A model generated the notes under the pieces. It made no database searches and was not told the DNA's origin. It worked only from the letters and a program-made list of their open reading frames with translations. The translations under genes and the position numbers were made by a program. Positions 25,406-36,130 of a stretch of 64,000 bases of DNA are shown here, piece after piece (position 1 is the stretch's first letter; every line of letters begins with the position of its first letter). The DNA comes from Camelus ferus (taxonomy: Eukaryota). Location of the stretch: contig NC_045696.1 of assembly GCF_009834535.1 (NCBI RefSeq), positions 45,324,001 to 45,388,000 on the forward strand. The letters run 5' to 3'.

Positions 25406-25759
25406 AATTCTCCTGGCCTGACAGGTGTCAGCTCATTAAAAGCTGATAGCTTTTTTTTTTTAATTCTCTCTTCACCTTTATTTGGGCTCTATTGCACCTT
25501 TTTATGTATATTTTATTTTTTGAACTTGAAAATATTTTTCCTTCAATGGAGCCAAATAGCACAGCTAATGTCAAATGACAGTAACTAGTTCAGTATGAGG
25601 AAAGTTTCTTATTGTGAGAATGGCTCTGAACTCACAGTGCCCACTATTGACAGGGTGAGCGGGAGAAAAGGCTCACAAGAAAGAACACACTCTCTGAAGA
25701 GGATAACAGCAAGAAGGGCTTTAGTCGTTCTGCCCCTGAGCCCTGCAGAAGTGCAATAA

Positions 25760-26015
25760 GCCTTGCTCTATTACGAACTAGTATGTATGACCTTAGCTAA
25801 TACACTTAACCTCTCAGTTTCCTAATCTCAAAATTGCTTATTGAATTTTATACTCCGACCTTTTTACAGAGGGACTTGAGGTAACATTAGTGAATCAGAT
25901 TTAACACTCACTTTGAAAAACTCACAAGGTTGCTAATCGGCATAAATTACAAGTTAGGGTGTGTGAAAATGCTTTTCAAATTGCACGTACCTGACAAATA
26001 AAAGCTATTGTTATG
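25760..26015 (+). mobile_element. MIR SINE with a short internal insertion
   Basis: TGTATGACCTTAGCTAATACACTTAACCTCTCAGTTTCC core; tail GTGTGAAAATGCTTT...GCTATTGTTAT. Confidence 0.65.
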
Positions 26016-27049
26016 ACTGTTCTACATTTCATGACTGGTTATTTTCATTTAAGGTGACACTATACTGATGCTCATTCTATCGAATACAGAATTTTTAGCG
26101 GGAGTAATGCTATTTGCCCTTTCCTTCAATATATAGATTGTAAACTGATGAATCCATTAATCTCTGTTTATATTTGCCCTTTGGATGAAATTTTTCCTTA
26201 ATAAAAGTATATGCCTTCCCTAAGTGCAAAGATTACATTTCATAATAAATCTATGTCCTTGAAATACTGTATGAGTTTCTAAACATAGACATTAGTGAAA
26301 TATTATTTTGGAGGATAAAAGTAACCATTTTACAGCTCATTGACCCTTCAATGATGTTTTCATGGGGATGTTACAGGCAAGATGAGACGGTGCAGCATCA
26401 GCAGAATAGATGAAATCAATATCTGTCTACCATAGCCTCTCCCCCATCTCATGCAGCAAAACTCAGTAAAAAGAAAATTGATATGCACAGTATTAAATAA
26501 CTTAACAACAAAGAGCTGGAGAAATTCTCTGTAGCAACACATCCTGCAATACACAAGTCTCTCCTTGGCAGACTATTTCCTTTTAACTATTTGAGGCCTC
26601 TCACATTTCCGCTGCAGCTGGAGCCCATCCCAAGGCACTTCCTGCCTCTTAGGATTTTTGGCACAGGGCCTCGCTTCTGTTCCACTTGGCTCTCCTCAAG
26701 GCATCTGATTTGTGGCATTGAAGATCAGTTCTGTCTCTATTGTCTTCATCATAAGTGAAAGACGTCTGGACTACTTTTCAGAGACAGCCCTATCCCACCT
26801 TTGATGTGTGCGGGGGCAAAGGGAGCAGCAGATGCCATTCTTCTTTATCTTTTGACAGTAAACAGTTTAACTTTGCACTTAGGGAGAACATAACCAAAGC
26901 CAATTTTCTTATTAAGTAAAAATGCCACATTACATTTAGGGAGACTTCACAAGATCTAATCATATCTACACTTCACCTAAATATCAGAGGGAAGCCATTA
27001 GCATTTAGCAATGTTAAAGCAGTAACAATAATTGACTTAGTGTTCAGCT

Positions 27050-27180
27050 GCACCAATCAGAAGTTAAAATGCACATTTATTTTGACCCAGGAGTACAACG
27101 TCTAGGAATGTATCCCACAGACTGACAAATGTGCACCAAGAAGCACACACAAAGATTCACAATGCTTGCTCACAATGGCC
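27050..27180 (+). mobile_element. Ancient L1ME-like fragment (resumes at ~27853)
   Basis: TTTGACCCAGGAGTACAACGTCTAGGAATGTATCCCACAG motif of the L1 ORF2 end/3' UTR. Confidence 0.55.
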
Positions 27181-27469
27181 CTATGGCAGCAACAGCCTGA
27201 GGCTAAGGAACACTTACTCACTTTAGATAGAGAACCTGTTCTTTCCACATCAGTCTCGGCTCAGCCCTCTTTATTCACTGCTGATACCTTCTTGTTCCCT
27301 ACAGGTCCTTATATGTGTGACACACATATATGCTTTTCAAAAGGCACCCGTCTCTACAACTACAGGAGCACATGGAAATGAAGGAAAATGCAGACTACCA
27401 AAGAAGCAAGAAATTCTGCCAAGATTACTCCAAGATTTCGTGTCATTGACCTGTTTAATTTTAATAAAG

Positions 27470-27848
27470 CAAGTACTACAAAATATATATAGAAATATGA
27501 AGAAAGAATACATAGAATGATAAAATTAGAAATCCTCTTTTATCTCTGCCACAAATTCTCCATCCCCACATTTCCCAGCTGCAAGTATTAGCAGTTTCAT
27601 AAATATCTTTCCAGTGTACATTTCTAAGTGTGTGTGTGCAGGTGCACGTGCATGTGTGCACAGTTCTCATAAACGCAGCAAAATACACATCGCGATCCAT
27701 GACTTTTTGTTTTTTGACATAAAAATAGAGCCTTCTCCATATAAGTACATATAGGTCTACCTCACCATTTTGATTGCATCATAACATCCAGAATACAAAT
27801 TACATTATTTAATCATTCCATCATTGGTACACATTTAGGCTACTTGAG
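27470..27848 (-). mobile_element. Ancient L1ME-like 3' end fragment
   Basis: TTTAATCATTCCATCATTGGTACACATTTAGGCTAC and AGCAGTTTCATAAATATCTTTCCAG motifs. Confidence 0.55.
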
Positions 27849-28376
27849 GAATAAGAAACTGGAAACAGCCTCAATGATTAAAACTGTCAATCTTAACTTC
27901 ATAAAGTTTGTATTATATAACAATAGCTATACTGAATGTATTTTTCATTTCTGTCTCTCACTTGCCCTCTCCCTAAGATTCAGAATTGCCATATAGTGAA
28001 GTGTGCTTTGTTCTATTGAAAATCTTCTCTATTAAGACAAACAACAATTTTCAGTAGCAGAAAATATCCTCATAGATAAATAAAGGGATTTATTTGTTTC
28101 TGCTGAGTTTCAGGAATTCCAGATCTTTCTCTCCCTCCACACCCTTCACCAAACTCTCCCTTCCTCCCATCACTCAGTTTTGTTTTTCTCTTTATATTAG
28201 CCTCATTCTGTTGAAAACATTACCTAAAAAGGTTTCAGGTTTACACTGTCTCCCTGTGGTGATCCACGAAGAAAGTGAGAAATCCTCTCTACTAGTTTTA
28301 ATATATAAAATCCTCCAGGAATCTGATTGGCTAACGTTGGAACCCGAAGGCTGAGTACTGTGCTTGGTCATCCCAC

Positions 28377-28693
28377 TGTACTGCGTTGAACAGTGTCTCC
28401 CAAGAATTTAGGTCTTCCTGGAACCTCAGCATGTGTTATTATTTCGGAAAAAAGATCATGGTAGATATAATTAGTTAAGATGAGGTCACACTGAAGTAGG
28501 GTAGGCCCTTAATCCAATACGACTGGTATCCTTATGAGAAGAAGGGAAGAGACACAGAGACAGATACACAGAAAGGAAAGGCAATGTGAAGGTACACCGG
28601 GAGGACACCATATGATGATGGAGGCAGAGGCTGGGTTAACGTATCTACAAGCCAAGAATCGCCAGCAACTACTGGGCTTCAGGAGGAAGGCCT
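28377..28693 (+). mobile_element. MaLR LTR (MLT1C-like), 3'-truncated
   Basis: TGTACTGCGTTGAACAGTGTCTCCC...TAATTAGTTAAGATGAGGTCACACTG...CTACAAGCCAAG. Confidence 0.85.
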
Positions 28694-28699
28694 ACAGGA

Positions 28700-29092
28700 G
28701 ACCCATAGGAGAACTAGATACTGTAGTTATCAGAAATCCTAAAATAACTGTGCTTAATAGGCTTCAAGATACTAATAACCAGATGGAGAGTTTCAGGTAA
28801 ACACAACAGTTAGACCTTTAGAAATTTACAAAAAAAAAAAAAAAAGGAAACTCAGGGTAGTGATTGTACCTTTTCAGAAGGAGGATGGAGTCCAGGTGGG
28901 ATTGCAATGGAGCGTGTCAGAGGTGCTGGTATTGTTCACTTTCCTGAACTAGCTGATGAGTCCATGCATGTGTTTTCTTTTTGAAAAATTAATAGAGTGG
29001 TGCATCTTCTGTGTGTGTATGTGTCTATGTGTGTGTGTGTGTATGTGTATATGTGTGTGTATATATATCCTCAATTAGAATTTTTTAAAAAA
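28700..29092 (+). mobile_element. Ancient L1M fragments (ORF1/HAL1-like piece then L1ME 3' end with TG/TA microsatellite)
   Basis: Translation KITVLNRLQDTNNQMESFR resembles old L1 ORF1; GGTGCTGGTATTGTTCACTTTCCTGAACT is an L1ME 3' UTR motif. Confidence 0.5.
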
Positions 29093-30062
29093 ATATACAA
29101 ACTGGTGAAGGTCTGAAATAAAAGGACAGAAGGAATTAAGCCTATAGTTGTCAGTGATTTCTAGCTGTGAATGATTTAAGGAGGGAAGCTCAGTGTTTTG
29201 CTCAAGGATAAATTCAGAATTGGTAAAAAAGGCAGAGATTACAGCCTAGAGCAGTAACTCAATAAATATTAAAAGAACAAATGAACTGCCTATTCATTTT
29301 GCCTACTGAAAAAGATGGTATAAATACAGGATTGAATAAAGAAATATAAACATTTATTTTTCAGATCTCTTTAGGGTGGCCAGTTGTTTTACACATGGGG
29401 ACAGAACAAATTATTATATTTAAATTAGAAGAAAAGAAGTAATTTTTCTATATTAGGCCCTGTCTTTGGTTTACTAATTTACTATGTGATTTTTTTTTTT
29501 GAAAATGTTTGTCTTGCTTCTCTGAAAAGAGTGCTATTATTATACACATTCCCTGGCTTCTAGCTACATAGAGATCAGCTAACAGGAATATTCTATTTAG
29601 GATCATGCAGACAGTGAACCTGTCGGCATGTTGAGCATTGTTCTCAACATTCCATGTTAATGTCTAAACCAGTTAACACTAAATGTGTGATTTAACAGAT
29701 TTTCAAGAGTGAACAGGTTCTATTTATATTGTTTTTTTAAGGCAAGCCAGAACAATCTCTTACTCTGATAGAGCGACATAAATATTGACAGAAGGAAAGT
29801 CTAATGGCCTATTTGAGAACCACAGAGTTGGGTGAAATTTCCCTTTCACCATTTTAAATGAAGGACTCCTTTTAGAGTTTAACGTACATTTCCAGTGTGG
29901 TTAAAGTGAGTATTTCGATAACATTTTAAAGGAAAAATCAACACTCTGTTATTCCACTTCATAAAGAATTCACACAAAGGGGTCAGAATTAGAGAAAATA
30001 GAGATTAAATAATTGTGGCTGGGTTGTATGCCAGGAAAATGGGTCACTTATGCATACACGAA

Positions 30063-30263
30063 CAATCATTCATTCAACAAATGTAAGGAGTCCCTGCTGT
30101 TTGTATGGCTTTCCCTACTGCTTAGTTTAATGGGATAGGAAGATTCAGACAGCACTAAGCTAGTAACAGTACAGAGGCCTGTAGAAAAAATACTAGAGGA
30201 AATCACAAAGTGTATGTTTAAAAGTACCAACTGGATGCTAACAGGGGAAGTTTATGGAGGAGG
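30063..30263 (-). mobile_element. LINE-2 3' end (continues ~31360-31650 after the L1)
   Basis: ATCATTCATTCAACAAATG tail; GGAAGTTTATGGAGGAGG. Confidence 0.65.
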
Positions 30264-31207
30264 CCCACTCTCGCCATTTTTATTCAACATAGTTTTGGAA
30301 GTCCTAGCCACAGCAATCAATGAAGAAAAGGAAATAAAATAAATCCAAATAGGAAAGGAAGAAATAAAACCGTCACTTGTGCAGATGACATGATGCTATA
30401 CATAAAAAAGCCTAAAGACGCCACCAGAAAACTTCTAGTGCTCATCAATGGATTTGGTAAAGTTGTAGGGTACAATATTAACATACAGAAATCTGTTGCA
30501 TTTCTATATATTTCAATGAAATAAAATGCCAGAAAGAGAAATTAAGGGAATAATCCCATTTACCATTGTGTCAAAGAGAATAAATGAAACACCTAGGAAT
30601 AAATCTACCTAAGGAAGCAAAAGACCTGTACTCTGAAAACTATCAGATGCTGATGAAAGAAACTGAAGATGACATAAACAGATGGAAAAATATACTGTGT
30701 TCTTGGATTGGAAAAATCAATATTGTTAAAATGGCTGTAATACTCAAGGCAATCTACAGATTCAATGGAATCCCTAACAAATTACCAGGGGTATTTTTCA
30801 CAGAATTGGAACCAATTTTTTTTTTTTAAATTTACATGGCAACACAAATGACTCTGAATAGCCCAAACAATCTTGAGAAAGAAGAATGAAGCTGGAGAAA
30901 TCATGCTCCCTGACTTCAGACTATAGTACAAAGCTACAGTAATCAAAATAGTATCATACTGGCACAAAACAGACACAGAATCTTAAAAAAATGATACAAA
31001 TGGACTTATTTACAAAACTGAAATAGATTCACAGACATAGAAAACAAATTTATGATTATCAAAGGGGAAAGGTTGGGGATAAATTTGGAATTTGGGATTA
31101 ATAGATACACATTACTGTATATAAAACAGATAAACAACAAGGACCTATTATATAGCACAGGGAACTATATTTAATATCTTGTAATTATGGGGAAGAATCT
31201 GAAAAAA

Positions 31208-31273
<66 letters not shown>

Positions 31274-31360
31274 ATACATGTTAACTGAATTACTTTGCTG
31301 TACATCTGGAACATTGTAAATTAACTGCACATCAGTTTAAAAAAAGAAAGAAAGAAAAAA
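30264..31360 (+). mobile_element. LINE-1 fragment: reverse-transcriptase region joined directly to the 3' UTR (internal deletion)
   Basis: [15 protein letters not shown] and ADDM (30381-30392) RT motifs; ORF 30584-30829 is L1 ORF2; switch to 3' UTR at ~30980; A-rich tail. Confidence 0.95.
31210..31271. repeat. Compound (TA)n(CA)n microsatellite in the L1 3' UTR
   Basis: Direct reading. Confidence 0.95.
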
Positions 31361-32297
31361 AGGACCTTGGAAGATGGCAAGGAGCTGGATAGGAAGAGTA
31401 AAGACCTTTGATTTTTCTTTCTTTTTCTTAGGTAAGGAGGCAACAAAAGAAAATGTACGTGCATGGGAAGTTTTGGGGTGAATAAAAAAATAACTCCAGC
31501 TGGAACAGTGCCTATAAAAAGAGAGTCATGGAAGACAAAAAGTCAAGCAGATATACCAGAAAAATAGTGTTAGAAACCTGGAAAAGAGAATTTGAAGAAA
31601 AGGCTGTCAATTGTGTCAAATGCAGCAGGGAAGTCACCTGAAATGAGGAAGTCATTGCGCATTAGTCATTTTCCTAAACAGATCTTTAAAGTAATGTTAC
31701 AATGTTAAGGTTGTATGTAAAGATGTTTAGATTGTGTTCTAGAAAAGGTTTCGTGCAGAATCTTTTCTACCTTAGAAAGCCCTTCAAGAGATCAATAATC
31801 ATCATAAATGTGAATCCCTTAGGCAGTTCATTTATTTTATGTGCTTTGTACTCTCCTCATCACAGTAGACTGCGATTCAAATCTTAGAATCTGACAATCT
31901 CATCCAGTTCAGACTAGATTAGAGGTTGAAGATCGCCAAGAATTGAATAATTTATAATCTCAAAACTTAGCGCTTTAGGGATAATGATGAGACAAATCAA
32001 TTTTTGTTGTTACAGAAGCAGCTTAAATACTCAGAGCTGTTACCCACCCTTCTGCTTTAGTCAAACTGAAACAACAAAATTTTAAAAAATAACCTCCAGA
32101 AAATCGATTATTATAATTGTTGGGTTAAAAAAACAATGCATATTACTCTCATTTTTTTTTAAACTACTAAAACTTCAAACATACGGTAAAGCCACTGCGT
32201 CAGAAGGAAGTACTTATAATATAGTCACTCTGCCTGACTCTCATGCCATTTTTCAAACAGGTAAATTTCATGAACAGTCAGCAGGAGGTCTAGGGGA

Positions 32298-32565
32298 AGG
32301 AAGCAAGCACTAAACTAGAATTCAGGTCTGCTTCCACTGCTTTTCCTTTGTGACTTGTGTAAGTGATCTCCGTTCTATGCATCTCAGTTGGTCTGTCTGT
32401 AAAGAGGTATGGACAGCATCTCCCCAACCCAGTCTGCCACTCTGGGCTTCAGTGTGATAATTTATGATAAGTAGGCAAGTGTATCTTTCTTTGCAAACTT
32501 AATGTGAGGATTATACTTGATAGCACCTACACTATGCGCTTAGCATGCGGTAGGCATTCAACGGG
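32298..32565 (+). mobile_element. MIR SINE(s), degenerate
   Basis: TGTGACTTGTGTAAGTG...CATCTCAGTTGGTCTGTCTGTAAA. Confidence 0.5.
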
Positions 32566-33074
32566 ATCAGTTGGAGTTCTTTCCATCATTGTCTTCTACC
32601 ATAGGGATCTTTTGGAACAATCAAATATGTAAGCCGCTATGTAGTACTTTAGGCATTCATATGCAATAAATGAGAGGACGGGAGAGATGAAGGAGAGATA
32701 AAGAGATACGTCTTATTAGGAGGTCGTATTGAAAGCCTACAGAGAGGCCTGGGCTTAATAGCAGATGATGAATAGAAAAAAAGTTTGCCAACTCTGCAGC
32801 TCCAGAAATGGATATTAGATTTAGAGGGTTGAATTTCATATGTGAAAGGACCACACAGTCTTTAAGACTGAGATAGCCACAGCGGGGATATACCTATCTT
32901 GTCCAAAACTATCTTCCACAGAAATGATAAACAAAAATGGCAGTAAAAGTGACATTTAACTATTTAAAATATCCTGATTTTCTAATAAGTAAGGCTAAAT
33001 TTTCCCTTTAGATAAGATTATAAGGGGATATATATGCCAGAGAACACTTTTTTTTGGGGCCAGGCAGTCTACTA

Positions 33075-33220
33075 CAGTGGTTTTCAAATGTTTCTGAGTC
33101 TGATTCACATATTTAAAGAGCATAAAATAATGAGCCATTTTATGTGCAATACACTGATATTTTCTATTCTAAATGGCTTTCTCAACCTGCTAATGAGTCA
33201 TGATCTGTACTTTTAAACAA
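33075..33220. mobile_element. Old hAT-Charlie fragment (Charlie15/18-like)
   Basis: TIR CAGTGGTTTTCAAA; TGCAATACACTGATATTTTCTATTCTA; CTAATGAGTCATGA. Confidence 0.5.
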
Positions 33221-33891
33221 AACAAGAAACCCAACTTCTTTAGCAGTTACTTCTACATATCAACACTAAATGGAATGTATCAGAAATGAATCCTAGTTTT
33301 TTAAAATCTGTGAATAAGTAGACATTTATGAATGATGATCCATTTTAGATGGTACTTTGGTATCTATTCTATTCAAGTCATACAACCAGGTATGGATTTC
33401 TTACTGAGGCTGGATGGTATCAGTGTAATCATAATCCCTGCAGCAACCCAGACTCAACATTCTACCAAGGTAGGTCATTTGTTATGAAAGGTATCAGGTG
33501 AGAGTGATGGGTATGTGTCAAAGATTATACCTCCACTCAGGAAAAACAAAGAAACAAACAAATAAACAAATACCCCCAAACCTCAAAGTGTATGAATTCT
33601 GATTTTGTTTACTAAAAGAGAGGCCATCACATGAGGCTCTACTTTGGAGTCCCCTTAAACTCCAGTGTTCTATGTCAATTTTGTTAATTTAGTTTGTGGT
33701 AACGAATAGAAGTGTATTTGAAATGAATTTAAATTGGAGGTGCTTTATTATTATCAAGGATTCTTAGTTTGTAAAGCTCTCTTTAGAGAAGCTTTGATCT
33801 AATCTAGAGATTCTGATACTAATGTGTGAAAGATGTAAACCACTAAACACAAAAAATAATACCAGTGAGTGGCATTAATAAAAGGAAAGTA

Positions 33892-34024
33892 CAATCATCC
33901 CTTGGTATCCATGGATTTTGGTACCCACAGGGGCTCAAATTCCTTATATAAAATGATATAGTACAAGTACTGTAAGCCCCTTGTACCAATGGATGTGAAA
34001 CCTACGGATATGCGGCATTGACTG
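33892..34024. mobile_element. 133-bp TcMar-Tigger MITE with MER2-like termini
   Basis: TA target duplication on both sides (33890-33891, 34025-34026); TIRs CAATCATCCCTTGGTATCCATGG ... CTACGGATATGCGGCATTGACTG; GCTCAAATTCCTTATATAAAATG. Confidence 0.75.
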
Positions 34025-34727
34025 TAGTACCATATAATCAAATGAAGGAACACACTGCATCGCGTGCTCATAAAGGAATTGGAATTACGGGCTGAATGAG
34101 CATCTCAGATTTTCCTGAACATCATTTCCAATATTCTGTCCATTTGTCAGATGATTCTCAGAGTGCATACCCTGAATTTTGATTCAAGAAAATTGGCATG
34201 ATGTTTGTGGGTTTACAGGAGTAGGAACTCGTGCCTATTCTTTTCCGTTTCACCAAACCTGTGGAGTAGACTAAGCAAAGAGTGATACTGAATTTAAGAA
34301 AGGAGAAAGCTTGGAGTGCAGGACTACAGCCCTAACCAAAACGATGAAGTAAGGGGATTCTGTCCGGTGAGTAACTTCCTTTCCTTTTCTGTACCTCTTG
34401 CCCACTTTATAGGGAAGTTTGAACCCAAAATTCCCACCAGTACAGAATCTGAGGTGATAAGCCAGTGTTTGAGTTCAAAGTTGATCATTTACTAGCTACT
34501 CGAACTTGAACGAACTACAAATTCTCCTCAAGTTTGTAAGTTCTGATTGAAGGAGTATATACACACACACTAATATATGCATATGTATGTCTATATATTA
34601 AATCTCCTAGTATAGAGTTGCTAGACTTTATATGTAATATACATTATGTATATATTATATATAATCCCCTAGACAGATACTATGATATATATATATATAT
34701 ATATATATATACGCATATATCCTAGCA

Positions 34728-34890
34728 TAGAGTTGCCAGATGAAATACAATGCACCCATTTATTTTATACATCTATGTCCCAATTACTGCATGAGACATG
34801 CCTATACTAAACAATTATTTATTATTTATCTGAAATTCAAATTTAACTGGGCATCCTGTATTTTTATTTGCTAAATCTGGCCAACTCCTC
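34728..34890. mobile_element. MER53 palindromic hAT MITE
   Basis: TIR TAGAGTTGCCAGAT ... ATCTGGCCAAC; TTATCTGAAATTCAAATTTAACTGGGCATCCTGTATTTT; 8-bp TSD-like TCCTAGCA / ACCAAGCA. Confidence 0.85.
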
Positions 34891-35406
34891 ACCAAGCATG
34901 ATACATGGCGTATCAGAGGAGCTGTAAAATACCTCCAGGAGCAGAAAGTGGTGGCACAGAGCAAAGACATTTGTAGATAAATCTGGATTCAAATTCTGCT
35001 TCTATCAGGATTTTTATTTTGGAAAAGGTTTTCATGAGCTCTTAGTCTGACCTCCCCAAGGCAGTATCACGTGCTCTGAATCTCTGCTTTTTCTTCACCA
35101 TCAATATTACTCTGCTCTCAACTGGTCTTGCTTTAGAAATGAACACATTTACATTATAACAGGAGACACTAAGATCCCTGTATTTAAACTCTTAGAAGGG
35201 AAGGGCTTTCAATTCTCACTTTTTTGAGAGCTTCTTATCTACTCTGCCTCTTGCCCTAGATAAAGACAACTAAGAGAAGGCTCATCTCCACAACACCTGC
35301 CTTTTTTTAACGTGTAGAAGGGAAAATCCCCTGGAGCATGGATGGTGACAGGCAAAAACTCAATAAACTACCATTAGTACTAACATGCCTACCATGTACA
35401 TTTATG

Positions 35407-35921
35407 CTGGGTAGACAGAAATCTGAACACGAAGGAAACTTACATACTAACTTTTGCTTATGGTTTGATCAATGATTTTGCATGGTATGTTCCACAGGTG
35501 CTCCCTCATTAGCAATGCATAGGTCTACATGCTGTGTGAAATTGCAACAAAGCTAGAGCTTTTACACAGCATTTCCAACCTCCAGAAAATAGTCTGATAC
35601 ACTGCCATGATGATATATATCTCAAATCTATTCTAAACAAATCTGTACCTTTAGCATACCCCAGAAAAAGTAATTAAGGGAGTTAAAATCTGGTGAGTGT
35701 ATAACCCATTCCACATGGCCACATTTGCCAATGCAGATTTGAAATTATTATCCAATTAGTCTCTCTCCACTTTAGAATAATGGGGTGGTACACCATCCTA
35801 TGAGAACTCTTTTAAGTGCCCTTCCCCTAGCTTATCAAATGTAGGCATTAATTGATCACTTAACATGTTGGTTTTGTATGGTAAACATTCATTTATGTTT
35901 TCAGACTTTATGACCAAATTG
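35407..35921 (-). mobile_element. Non-autonomous Tc1/mariner element with a decayed DD40/41D-type transposase C-terminus (possibly DNA1_Mam/EutTc1-type)
   Basis: Minus-strand translation NMLSDQLMPTFDKLGEGHLKEFS*DGVPPHYSKVERD*LDNNF / CIGKCGHVEWVIHSPDFNSLNYFFWGMLK...FTQHVDLCIANEGAPVEH; degenerate TIRs; TA at 35922-35923. Confidence 0.8.
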
Positions 35922-35924
35922 TAG

Positions 35925-36130
35925 CTATTTATTATTAATCTATAAAAATACGCTTTGTCATTTAAACTTTAAACAATCCCACAAGATATCACTATTATCT
36001 CCATTTTACAGATGAGAAAACTGGAGAAGAGGTTATATAACTTGTCCAGGATTGCGCAGTTAGTAATTGATGGAGTCTGCAATTCATCTCAGGCAAACTG
36101 AATTTAGAGTCCATATTCTGAACTCCTAAG
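35925..36130 (-). mobile_element. MIR SINE
   Basis: Core CTATTATCTCCATTTTACAGATGAGAAAACTG. Confidence 0.8.
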
